From the NCBI RefSeq assembly GCF_009914755.1, contig NC_060925.1: a stretch of 64,000 bases of DNA, one strand, 5' to 3'. Numbering within the stretch: position 1 is the first letter of the stretch; each line of letters starts with the position of its first letter. Source of the DNA: the human T2T-CHM13v2.0 reference genome, Homo sapiens. Positions 16,446 through 31,253 of this stretch are shown here, in pieces. Both the position numbers and the translations under genes were made by a program. The notes beneath the pieces are model-generated. The model made no database searches and was not told the origin of the DNA. It saw nothing but the letters and a program-made list of their open reading frames with translations.

Positions 16446-17165
16446 AGCAGGGATTAGCAAACTACTATAGCCTGGCCTTTGAACCAACACCAGCGTGTCA
16501 TCTGTCCTTGTACAGCCTGCAGGCTAAAATGGTTTTTACATTCTTTTTAAGGACTGAAAAAAGCCAAAAGAGTATTATATGGTGACATGTATAAATTATG
16601 TAAAGTTCAAACTTTAGTATTCATAAAATTTTTTTTTTTAAACCGGAACATCTATTGCATTACTCATCGTTGAAATTCTTAAGATGAACTGGATGCTGCA
16701 GCAGCTGCCCTCTTGGGTTTAGGTGGTGTTCCTTCACGGAATCTGTGCCTGAATCTGCGGTCTACAATTTTTAGGTGCCTCATTCGACCAGTCCCAGTGG
16801 TATTTTGTCTTTTAGCCTTGGCACTGCCGTTATACTTTCTCTTGCGCTTGGCGGGGTAGCCACATTTGCCACAGGTCAACTTCTGAAGGTGGTAGGCCTT
16901 AGAGCCACAGCAGTGGCACGTGTGCGTCTTATTGCGACGCTTTCCAAACGATGATGTTGCCTTCGTCACCTTGCTTCTGTGGCTAAGACCAGAGAGATTC
17001 ATTAAGTTTTATTAGAACACAGCCATGCTTATTTGTTTACCTGTTTCCTTGACTGCTTTCCGGCTGCAGTGGCAGAGTTGAGTAGCTGCAGCAAAGATTT
17101 ATGGCCTATAAAGCCCAAAATATTTATTGTTTGACCTTTAACAGAAAAAGTTTGCCAGCCTCTAC
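16446..17165 (+). mobile_element. MER58B-like element split by the RPL37 retrocopy
   Basis: CAGGGATTAGCAAACTAC start; resumes at AGTTTTATTAGAACACAGCCA...ACAGAAAAAGTTTGCC after the pseudogene. Confidence 0.7.
16629..16996 (-). pseudogene. Full-length processed pseudogene of ribosomal protein RPL37 (eL37)
   Basis: Translates to [16 protein letters not shown]...[14 protein letters not shown]...[14 protein letters not shown]. It is intronless, with a pyrimidine-rich 5'UTR start, a polyA tail (T-run 16629-16639) and a diverged TSD (16619-16632 vs 16997-17010, 12/14 identical). Lesions: ATG->GTG at 16969, a one-codon deletion, AATAAA->AATAGA. Confidence 0.95.
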
Positions 17166-17620
17166 TCTGCAAGATAGGTCCCTTCGAATTGGGTGCTAAG
17201 TGGCTTAAACATTGAGGAAACGTTATCTTACAAAACAAGTCCAGAATAAGGCAGGCTCCATTCCAATGTGGTCAGTGTCTCAACTGTGAGTGTCATAGGG
17301 ATGTAAGGTCTTTATTCATTTCTCTAAGCTGCCATCCTTGGGATGTTGGCCCCACCGGCAGGCCAGCTCCCTTTATGGTTTCAGATAGAGGCAACAATTT
17401 TAACACAACCACCAGAGAAAGACCATGTCTCTCTCCCTTTGGAAACAGTGGAACTCTTTCTGGAACTCCCTTTTCCCTACCCTTCCAAAAGCAGCCATGT
17501 TTTACAGCCAGAATTGTGTCAGATGCCTAATTATGAACCTCTCACTAGCAAAAGGACTGGCATTACCATTACTAAATGCCACTCGTCTAATCTAAATGTC
17601 TTTTTAAAATTAATATTTTC

Positions 17621-18889
<1,269 letters not shown>

Positions 18890-18907
18890 TCAAAAAACAA
18901 GTTGGTT

Positions 18908-19454
18908 CCTATACAGAAGAGTTAACTACCATCATAGGCCTAAAACTGCTGTCCTTAGAAAGGCCTGCCTGCAGGATTGGTCCTGAGCTGGCATCTGCGA
19001 GCTTGGACTTCTGTAAGGTTCTCATCATTCCCAGAACTGAGAAGAGTGGCTCCCTTTGCCTAACCTGTTTGTACAACTAATTTGGTTTATGCTGAAAACC
19101 TGCTTTCCCTCTGGGACTCTGGGATTTTGGCAGAGGACGCCTGCATGACCAGCCCCCAATAGAAGTCTCGGGTTCTGAGTCTGTAATGATCTTCCCTGGT
19201 AGACATTTCATATATGTTGTCACAGACCATTGCTGGGGGGATTAAGCATGCACATCCTACCTGACTCTATTAGGAGAGGATCCTTAAAGCTTGTGCCTGC
19301 TTTCCTCTGGACTTTGCCCCAAGTATATTTTCCTTTTGCTGATTTTGTTTTGTACCTTTTTGTTGTAATAAGTCATAGTCATGAGTATGCTATGCTGATT
19401 CCTGAGTCCTAGCAAATCACCAAAACGGGGCGGTTGTGGAGACCTTTGACTCAC
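18908..19454 (+). mobile_element. MER21-like LTR
   Basis: AGAAGAGTTAAC...CTGCTGTCCTTAGAAAGGCCTGC...ATGACCAGCCCCCAATA...CACA. Confidence 0.6.
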
Positions 19455-19470
19455 AGAAATATAACAGAAG

Positions 19471-19741
19471 GACTGGCAAGGCACGGTGGCTCATGCCTGT
19501 AATCCCAGCATTTTGGGAGGTTGAGGCGGGCAGATCACTTGAGGTCAGGAGTTTGAGACCAGCCTGGCCAACTTGGTGAAACCCCGTCTCTACCAAAAAA
19601 TGTAAAAAATTAGCCTGGTGTGTGGCACACACCTGTAATCCCAGCTACTCAGGAGGTGGAAGTTACAATGAGCTGAGATCGTGCCACTGCACTCCAACCT
19701 GGGTGACAGAGGGAGCCTCTGTCTCAAAAAAAAAAAAAAAA
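19471..19741 (+). mobile_element. Alu
   Basis: Alu consensus with an internal deletion in the right arm. Confidence 0.92.
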
Positions 19742-21549
19742 GGACTGAGAAAAGAAAGGATGAAATGGGTAGAGGTATGGAAAACCTTTGATGTCTGGAT
19801 GGCTGTGGAGTTATCCATGATATGAAATAGCAGCTGAGCTGTTGACTGTTATGAAAGGTAAAAGTTACCTGTCGAATTTCAAATGATAGATCCAACTCCA
19901 GGAGAACTGACTCACTAGATCACCTGGCTACTTTTGGCCATGCTGGTTACAGTGAGGAGAAAAAAGAAGTGTAGCCCAGGTAATACCTTCAGTTTTTGTT
20001 CTCTCCTCCCGGAAGAAAGAAAAAAGGCCCAAAAATTCCCAAAGATGAGCTTTGGTTGGGCCAAAAATGTTAAACATTTATGGCACTCTTTCCTCACAAG
20101 TAGGAGGAAAAAAGGTTGAATCAGTTCTCAGGGCTGGAGCAAAGTAAAAAAGGGCAGAGGACATCCTTCAGTTGTTAGCCTACCTGCACGCCCTCAACCC
20201 CATTCCAGATAGGGTCTCCTCCGCAACTGTAATATTAAACCTTTTGCTAAATTTACTGCAAGGGGTCGAATACATCTGCAGTGAGGAAGGTGCCGGGCCA
20301 GGGTGGGGTAGCGGGGGCAGTTAATGGCCTTGTATTTTGCAGTTATTACATCTATGGATATACGATAGAAGTTGATGTAAAATGTTTTATGCTTGTAATG
20401 TCGCAGATGCGAGGGGGATTAGCTCAGTAAGGCAATGCTGCAAAGAAGTTGTTAGTGGGACGCAACTTCCTTGCTTTTTGCTGCTGTAGGATAGACGGAA
20501 ATTTAAATCGTTTGTTGAAAGCAAAATATGTCTCACAGCCGATGATATTTACTATGATTTTTGCCCATTGGAGCCTCTGGAAAAAGGAAGACATACACTT
20601 CTAAACATTTTTAAAGCAGTTTTTAATTGCAAGTGAGCTCATATAAAATCAGATGTCTGACCCTAGAGGCTGGTGATTTTCTAGCCTGATGTGCATAATT
20701 TTGAGTGGGTCTTAGAAAGCACTTAGGAAAGCTTTGCTTTTTGCTTGGCCTTGGAAACATGACTGGCCCTTCAGCATCTCAGCTTTACTGCTGCCAAAGA
20801 AAAGTCTCTGGCATATTTTGGAATCCTGAATTCATAGATCCTGGTTGCTTGGACTTGACGCTTGAGCTAAAACTTGACATTGCCTCCTACACACTATTTC
20901 AGTCTCAGCACAAGCTGTGTTAAACTGAAAGAGATACAGGCTCAGGGAAGACGACTTCTATTTGGGGATCAAGGCAGATTCAGGATACCCCTCTGTGGGG
21001 CTCTTCACTATAAAAAATGGATGTTGATGGAACTACGTGGATTATCACAGGTGTCCATGGGAACCGGCTTCTCTGGTGGGACCATACGAAGTCGAACTGC
21101 TGATCTGTTCTGTATTTCTGATACAGGGACTGATTACTTTCCTAACTTGTGATTACTGACAAAAGCTACATGTTGAGGGGAAAGCATATCACTAGGACTG
21201 TGACCCCTGTGCCTACCCATCTTACTCTCTACCTCTTAGGAAAGTTTCACTGTGTTTACTTGGGACTTCTGGACTAGCTGCCGTTTGCAACAGTGGACTT
21301 ACCAGTTTGCCACTACTCTGCTACCTTTCTACTGGTGCACACACCTTAGTAAGGCAGTTTGATTACTAAATGCAGCTGTCTCCAGAAATGGAATGATGCT
21401 ATAGGCCACTTACTAAATGAATGATCAGGAGGAAAGCAGTGAGTGGCTCTCTAAAACCATTTTGAAATATTTTGAAAATTCAGGATTTAATTCTGACCAG
21501 TTCTGAAAATGGCATGTCTTTCTGGTTACATTATATAAAAATATTTTCT

Positions 21550-22011
<462 letters not shown>

Positions 22012-22329
22012 CTAGGGAATCTCAAAGGAGGCAAAGACTGATCATCTTTGTTTTTCAATACTGCCTTTCCGCTCTTCCCTAAAAACTTCCATGCTACCTT
22101 TTTAAGATGCTGCAAGCACTTTGAATTCAAACAGCCTGCTGAGCCTGTGCTCAAACCTATGAGAGCAGGGAGTGGCCTCAGCTCCTGCACTTCCCACACG
22201 GAACACCTCCAGATGTCATCCACAGTCGTGAGGCTGATAACCTGATGTCATGGACCAACATGGAACTGACTGTCTTCAGGTAGTCCCTCTGAAACAAAAA
22301 CTCAAACTAAGTTTTCAGGCTGGAGTGGA

Positions 22330-22505
22330 AACCTGTTTTCCTCTACACTTTACCCCATGCACCTTTTCGCTTGCCAATTTTGTTTCATACCCTTTCGCTG
22401 TGGTAAGTCCTACCTGTGAATACAGCTATATGCTATGTCCTATGAGTCCTCTAAAATCATCAAACCTCGAGGTGGAAAAACTGGGTCTTGGGCATCCCTG
22501 ACACA
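22330..22505 (+). mobile_element. MER21-like LTR 3' fragment
   Basis: Similar to 19310-19454. Confidence 0.5.
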
Positions 22506-23214
22506 GTTCCCTAGTATTCTCTAAGTGGTTTTTTCTCCCCACAAAATAGTTTTTGTTTTGAAAATTTAGCATCGTGAATATCTCCTCCCCAGATTTAAAA
22601 GTATTTTCGTTTCGGATCAGTGTAATGACTGTTTTTGTCCCATCTTTGATGCATGGGAGCCTCTTCAAGTTGGCTCATAAGTCTTTTGATTTGTCCCTAG
22701 TAATCTTCTACAGCGTTTTGTTATCTGGTATGACAAGATATTCCAGGCTCATCTACATATTTTCTACCTCAGAACTGTTTCCTTCTAATAGCAAATATTT
22801 AGAAACTTTTATCTGGGCATTCAGGTTGCTCACTACTACTGAATTGATAATTGTTTCTAGCTCCTCACCCCCACCAGTAGATGAAACTAGGACTTTTTTA
22901 CAGGTTCATAGTGACGTTTCTACTACAAATCTGGGCTACAGAATTTTTACTTAACCTCATCAATGAGATAGCTACATTTTATCTTTCCCATGTCAGAAAT
23001 CTAAATTCTCAGCAACAAGAAACATAATTGCTCATTTGTTTTACTCCTCTATACCTAAAACAGCTGTAGAATAATAGTGTTACCATAAGCACCACCAATA
23101 TGAGTATAGAAGGTTAAGGTTTTTTGTTGTTCTTTCATCTTTAGATTGTGACTTAATAGATACAGTAAAATTCATGTGTTTTACAGTTAATTGGAATTTA
23201 TTTCTGTGTGGTTA

Positions 23215-23960
23215 TGATATTTAGCTGAGGAGATTTCCAAGCAAAGTGTAGAAGGTGCAGCCTGCCTTGTTGCTTATAGTAAAATGTGAGAACAACAATA
23301 GAGGGAAGAACTATTAAAGCACAAGAAGGAATCAACATTTAATGATTTAGGAAATTTTTCAGCCTATCTAGATTGCAAAAGATGCGAAATTAGGAGCTTC
23401 ACTATTAGGAAAGGATGCTACAGAGAAAGCCAAGGGCATGACTGGACCACCTTCCCCTCCGCCCCCCCCCCCCGCCGCCCTTTTAACTGCTGAAGAAATT
23501 AAATATGTGACTCGTGGATCATCTCAACCATCTCGACAGAAACCAAGAATGGAGATGGGATTATTCAGGAACGATCTGTGGAGGAACATCTTTTCTAATG
23601 GAGTCAATCCCATGACATACGCAAGAGATCCACAATGTTTGGAGAATGGTATATTAGCAGAAACACTGCCAGCTTGGACTGAAAGAGACAGAGAGGGGAC
23701 AAAATTAAAGAAGATGCTTTGACTGTCAAAATTCTATAGGCAGGTAACTGGCCGGAGAAAAAGGATGATTCAGAGGATAGAATCTCCAGATGGCAGAGCC
23801 AAGGGCCATAGAAGATTATTCCCAGGCCTTGAAACCTAATGTTGGAGTCCAGAATTGTTTGGGACTAGTAACTCCTTTCTTCCTTCCATTTTCTCCCTTT
23901 TGGAACGGGAATGTCTATAAATTTTATTCTCTGCCTGTTCCACTATTATATTTTGGGAGC
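23215..23960. mobile_element. ERVL-MaLR (MLT/MST-type) fragment
   Basis: TTAGCTGAGGAGATTTCCAAGCAAAGTGTAGAAGGTGCAGCCTG...GAAGATTATTCCCAGGCCTT. Confidence 0.55.
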
Positions 23961-24474
23961 ATCCTATATATGCTTTTCTCCATTTTGCTTTTTTCACTAA
24001 TAGTATATCCTGGAGTACATTCTGTAACAGTATATAGAAATATTCCTCACTTCTTTTTTTAGCTGAATAGTCTTCCTTGTGTGGATGTACCATAATTTAT
24101 TCAACCTGTTAATGGCACTTGGTTAATTTTAGTCTTTTGCTGTTACAAAAAGTGTTGTAATGAATAACCCTGTACATACATCTTTTTATTTTTACCACTA
24201 TATGTGTACGCTTGATTTTCTAGAAGAGGGATTGCTGGATTGGAGCTTAAATGCAAAATTTCATTTTGCTATATAAACCAAATACTATTTGATCACTAGC
24301 CACCTAAGAAATACATTTTGCATTGTGACCCAGTTTACACACACACAGGCATGTAACTAAGATGTGTCATGGTTACCTCGCTACCTCCAATCTGTTTTGT
24401 TTTAAAAATTCAGGTAGCAATGCTAAGTGACCTACTAATGGGTCATGACTCAAAGTTTTAAAAACATTGGCTTG

Positions 24475-24782
24475 GCTGGGCACGGTGGCTCACGCCTGTA
24501 ATCCCAACACTTTGGGAGGCTGAGGCAGGCAGATCACCTGAGGTCAGGAGTTTGAGACCAGCCTGGCCAACATGGTGAAACGCCGTCTCTACTAAAAATA
24601 CAAAAGTTAGCCAGGTGTGGTGGTGCATGCCTATGATCCCATCTACTCGGGAGGCTGAGGCAAGAGGATCGCCTGAACCTGGCAGGTGGAGATTGCAGCG
24701 AGCCCAGATTGTGCCACTGCACTCCAGCCTCAGTAACAGACCAAGACTCCATCTCAAAAAATAAATAAATAAATAAATAAAT
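24475..24782 (+). mobile_element. Alu with (AAAT)n tail
   Basis: Alu consensus. Confidence 0.93.
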
Positions 24783-25197
24783 GGCTTGACCAAGGATTGG
24801 TACACTTTTATTTGAAAGAGCCAGATAATAAATATTTTAGGCTTGTGGACTATTCATAGTCCCAACTCTGCCTCTGCCATTGTAGCCTAAGAGGTATAGG
24901 GGATACATAAACCAATAGACACGGCTGTGTTTCAGTAAAACTATCTACAAAACCAAGTGGCTATAGATAGGACTCTGTTGTAGGCTAATCAAGCCACACC
25001 CTCAGGGGTTGGAATGAAGTCAGCTTCACCTGTAGCACATGGATATATGGAGGAGGGTAGATTACTGAATGAAATTAGGACTTGGGAAGGAGAATGAGGG
25101 AAATGGCTGTTGAATAGGCAACAGTCGCTATCACATTAACTAAATAGTCTTAGTCATGACTTACATGATTAACCTCTAAATAGGCAGATAGCCCTAA

Positions 25198-26197
<1,000 letters not shown>

Positions 26198-26708
26198 GAA
26201 ATATTTTTAAGTGTCTACCTCTCTGTACTCACAGGCAGTGTGATAGGTGCTTGGTAATCAAAAGTGGTTAGCACATGCTACCTTCCCTCAAGTGAGACCA
26301 TCTGACTTTCCCTATAGTTAAGATAGAGACATACTATTTAAAATAAATGTAATAAGCATTAAGAGGTAGGGCTAAACTTTTAGGGAGAAAAGGTACACGT
26401 TGTATAATTATAGGTGCCAACTTATTAAATTTTAGCTAATTTTTAGACATAAGGTACTGTGAAACCCCTTTCCAAAGTTATTACCTAAGATATGCAAATA
26501 TCTAAGATGGTACTTGGAGATCACATGATCATAATCTTTGGTATAATTGGAGGCAAAAACAACAAAGTGGCAGTGGGGCATGAACGGCAGCCCAGTCCAT
26601 TGTCTGCACAAGAGAAAAAGGATAATAAAGAATAAAGTTAGGGGCACAGAATAGACCCAGTTCTTACTATTTGAAATAGGAGCGGGGGGAAGGGTTCAAG
26701 AGTCCTAA

Positions 26709-27195
<487 letters not shown>

Positions 27196-27793
27196 CACAC
27201 TTTTTTAATTTGAGACACTCTTATCACCCAGGCTGTTTTTTCTGGACCAGGATGAGCCCCTTGAAACAAGTGGGTCAGGGAGAGAAGTAAAGGGGTAAAA
27301 TGTAGACCAGGAGAAATGGAGTGATAGACACTGGAGAAAAGGGGAAAGTCAAAAAGAATCTGTGAAAAAGAAGAATTCACAAATAGGAAAATATCCAAGA
27401 TTGACTCTTCCAATTGCCTGGGGCTTCTATTACTCTAATAATATATTGTATTAACAAGCGTCTTCTGTGTGTTCAAAGTACTTTTCAGTGTGTCTCACAG
27501 CAGTTGCAGAGATCAAAGAAAGGAGCCAAGTGAAATTAGCTTGATTTCACAGATATGAAAAGTAAGCAACTTGACAAGGTTCTTTAGAAAGGAAGGAATG
27601 GAGCCAACAGTAGGGAGCCCAGGTCCTGAGTAAAGAGCTGCTTGTTATCAAAAGCCTGGAGTGACACCACTGAAGGCTAGTCTGCCGTGGCTTCTCTGTA
27701 CGCCGCCCCCCTCCTCCCACCCTCCACTCCCTGGCAGTGGACCAGGTAATCTTAACCTCTCTTACCTAATACAGAACTCTTTCTCTTCTGTAG

Positions 27794-28027
27794 ATTCTTT
27801 GTGGGAAAGAGATTCCTCGCTGGATCAATCGACTTGCCTACTTCAGCTCCTGTATACCCTTTCTACAGAGTTGCCTCCCGAAGGAGTGGCTCACGCCCGC
27901 AGCCCTGCAGTCTAGTGTCAGCCAAGAACTCCAGGATGAACTGGAGGAAGCAGAGGATGCTGCCGCATCCGCTTCCGTGGCAAGCACTGCAGCAGGCTCC
28001 AGACCCGGGCGCCACACTAAACTATAA
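27794..28027 (+). CDS. DESI2: DESI2 last coding exon ([16 protein letters not shown]...[10 protein letters not shown])
   Basis: tcttctgtAG acceptor, then 77 codons and TAA. Spliced exons 2-5 give 180 aa in frame, consistent with a 194-aa protein if the off-window exon 1 supplies 14 aa. Confidence 0.96.
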   Translation: MLCGKEIPRWINRLAYFSSCIPFLQSCLPKEWLTPAALQSSVSQELQDELEEAEDAAASASVASTAAGSRPGRHTKL

Positions 28028-29567
28028 ATGTCTCCAAAGTCACACATTCAGAACTGTCTCTGGCAGTCGAATATCACTAGAGAAAAGTAAACAGAGAAGC
28101 ATCCTTTAGATATTTTGTATGCAAAGATGGCTCTCCCCCAAATCCCAGTTTTTCAGCTCAGGATTATATTTGTAATCAAAAAAAAAAAATCACTTGGCGC
28201 AGGAGGGAGAACTTTGTAAGAAGCTGCCCTCTGTTTTTTTTATCCACTCGTAAATCTGGATTTATTTCTTCTGTTTTATACAAGCTCTGTTAAGTTATGT
28301 TTACAGTATCTTGTATCGCTGTTTACAAATCTTGCATGGACTCCTGCCACAGTGAAAGAAGAAAATCTTCATGTCTTCAAAAATTAGGCAGGTAATCTTT
28401 GTATACTTCTGACAATTGCCAGATCTATGGCATAAATAGGCACACAAAAAGGTACTTAAACAGTTATAGTCACCATCACCTGCTTCAGAATGGTCTTTTA
28501 GATTTGTGTTTGTTTTGTTAAAGTTGTTGGCACCAGGATGCAGAGAATCAGACTGGCCTGAGGTGAAGGAGCACACAGCCCTGAGGGCTTGGAACCCTGG
28601 GTCCAGTTCCTCTTCACACCCCCTTCCACTCTGAGTAGCACATCTCCCCAGGTGCCCATGGAACACCTGCTTTCATCCCAAATATCCGTCCACCTAGGCG
28701 GGGTGGTATGTTCTTACGTCTCTCTGACTTTGATGCCACTCATTCTATAGTTTAGCTGGTTTTCGTTCAAGATATTCTTGGTAGTAACTGACAAGTATGT
28801 TGCACATGTATTGGGGGAGGCGCTTCATTTTTATTTTAATACACATGTATTTCCTCCTTGCACAGGATTTTGATGGTGTGGGAATATCCTAAGTGGTAGC
28901 CTTCCAAGTAGCAGTGAGTTGACATTCAGCTGCTTTTAACTATTCAGGCTACCTTTTATACTAAACCTTGAAAACTAGAATCTAATGTCTACCCCAAAAA
29001 AGTAGTTCTTTGATATTTTATACTTTTTATGTACCATGTCAGAAAGAGTATGTTGGCGTTTGTCATGGGACTCATTTCACATAATAGAATGCCTAGTCTC
29101 ATTGACCAATCGTTAAAAAATCATATTTGTGTGTCTTAAGATTCATATTTATATGTTCTCTCAAATGTATGTCTCTTACGTAACATACTCTAAGAATGAA
29201 ACTGTCACCACAGGTAAATCCTTGTTAGCAAGGAATCTGTCTGCTCCAGTCTACTCCTAGTTTGATCCTTGGATGTAAGAACCAAGTCATTACATGTCAA
29301 ATTCAATTTTTCTGCCTTAAGAATGAATGTCCTTCATAAAATATTGGATGCAGTGTAACACTATCCAAGGCAGTGACTTCAGCTTTATATACATATAAAA
29401 TATAGTTAGTTTTAAAATTATTGACATTTATTTAAACTTTTAGATTGGATTGTTTGCTATTGCTCTGTGTGAGGATACATAATCTTTCAGTAAACTGTAT
29501 TTTTAACTTTTCCATAAGCTGATTTTGGTTCATTTTATCAACGTAAGCACACCCTGTTCATAGGGAA

Positions 29568-29573
29568 AATAAA
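29568..29573 (+). terminator. DESI2: Possible proximal polyadenylation signal AATAAA
   Basis: Canonical hexamer within the 3'UTR. Usage cannot be shown from sequence alone. Confidence 0.4.
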
Positions 29574-31247
29574 CCTTGGGTTATAAGCATTAGCCTGAGG
29601 ACAATGAAGCCACTTAACCTAATTTATGCTTTCGACTGTTCTGTTTCCAGAGAGGAAAGCCTTTACAAATTACTCTCAGTTCTTTAGGGGCAGAAGGCTT
29701 GTTTCAAGAGGTTTGACAGAAGAAAGGAATATATGAACTTAATGAGATGTCGACTTGGTTCAGGTCTAAAAATGAGGGCAAAACACTAAGGCTCTAGCAG
29801 TGACTTGTTCACTAAAAAGAGAGAGTCCTGTCCCCAGACGGTTAGTACAAAGCCTTGGATACAGTTTGCTTGTAATATTTTTAATAATGTGAGGAGTACA
29901 GTGTTTTCTAATTCATTCAAGTATATATGATTTAAACCTGGGCTACTGACACACACACAGTAGCCATTAGTTAGACTCTTCTTAGTGAATATCAGGAACA
30001 TCCCATCTGTGCTTAACCAGAATCCAGCAAGTCAGCACACAAGTGATTTTATTGTTATTTTGTTGTATTTACTTGCATTTGTTGTATTTACTTTCATCTG
30101 CAGCATTTGGAGTTTAAAAATAATGTAAAGGGTTCTAGTAGAAATAGTGTCCTAAGGCCAATTACCTACCATACTAACAATCAGCAGATAAAATTCTGGA
30201 CGTGAGATTCCTTATAATCTAATTATACCTGAGGTTGAGCAAGAAATGTCTTCCTTTAGAAAATCTCATTCAAGTCAGGTTCTTCTCTACAGTTCAAAAT
30301 TGAGAATGGATTTAATTAACTAGCATTTAGCCAGCTTTTTCTTGCCCTTGGAGAAAAAGAATCATTCTCAACCTGATAATCTGTTAAGAAAAATCCCATA
30401 TGAACAATCTGGTCATTAACATACATATGATACGGAGTCTCTTTGTTGTCACCAAGTGAACATACTTCTCATGGTGGGTTGGACAGTAATACATGTTAGA
30501 GGGTCAGAAGCTTCTGGTTTCTGCTGTTTGCTTTAAATACCCTTGGGGTTTTTTTTTAAACCCTTACAAGGGGAGCATCAGCTTTGGAAAGTGTGACTCT
30601 GTAGGAGTGTAGAAGGCAGTGGTGTATGATCTTAGCCTCGTCCTGATGCCTGAATCCAGCCAGCTGTTGCTCTGACCCACAGCAATAGAGCAAGTTACCC
30701 ATCACCAGCATTTGTACAGAGCAGGGAATTCTGGTTTTAGTCCATTGGTAGCATTGTGTGTATGAGGAGATTCAACACCACAGACAGCTGCAGGACTCGA
30801 TATCCATGGCTTCTTTCCATCACAAAACGGGTAGAAACACATTCACTGCTTCAGGGTTCTAATCTGTGTGTCTCCTTATGACTCCATTTCTGTAAGCTAC
30901 TCTGTAACTTTGATATATGCTGTATTTTCTTTCTTTAAAAGATTTAGATGTTTTTTCAGCAAGCTAGCCATACAACCATTGTATCTCTTTCTCTTCAGTA
31001 TGGTTTAGAGCCCAGATCAGTTAGTAGGCTTTCGTTGTCTTCTCTTTCAATACATGTACATCTTTACTGTTTGAAAAGTGTTACAGCTGTCAAAGAATCT
31101 TCATGGACCTGAAGATAATTTCTTGTGAAGTTGAATGCAAGTGTACTGTCATTCATAGTGTTTATATCAAAATACCAGGAATCTTCACTTTTGCTACCTT
31201 GATATAGCATTGGGCTATCATGTTACAACATTGAAATACATTGATTT

Positions 31248-31253
31248 ATTAAA
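31248..31253 (+). terminator. DESI2: Distal polyadenylation signal ATTAAA
   Basis: ATTAAA followed by TGTTTT and CTGTTGTGTATTTGTGTTG GU-rich elements, then a G-run. Confidence 0.7.

Noticed and set aside
20411-20427. GGGGGATTAGCTCAGT resembles a tRNA-Ala 5' end / A box
   Set aside because: No B box (GTTCGA), anticodon arm or acceptor-stem partner follows.
27748-27760. TCTTAAC U12-like branch motif before the last exon
   Set aside because: The intron 4 donor is GTAAGC (U2 type), not RTATCCTT.
27801-28109. 102-aa alternative-frame ORF over the DESI2 last exon
   Set aside because: Out of phase with the exon 4 junction, GTG start, no independent support.
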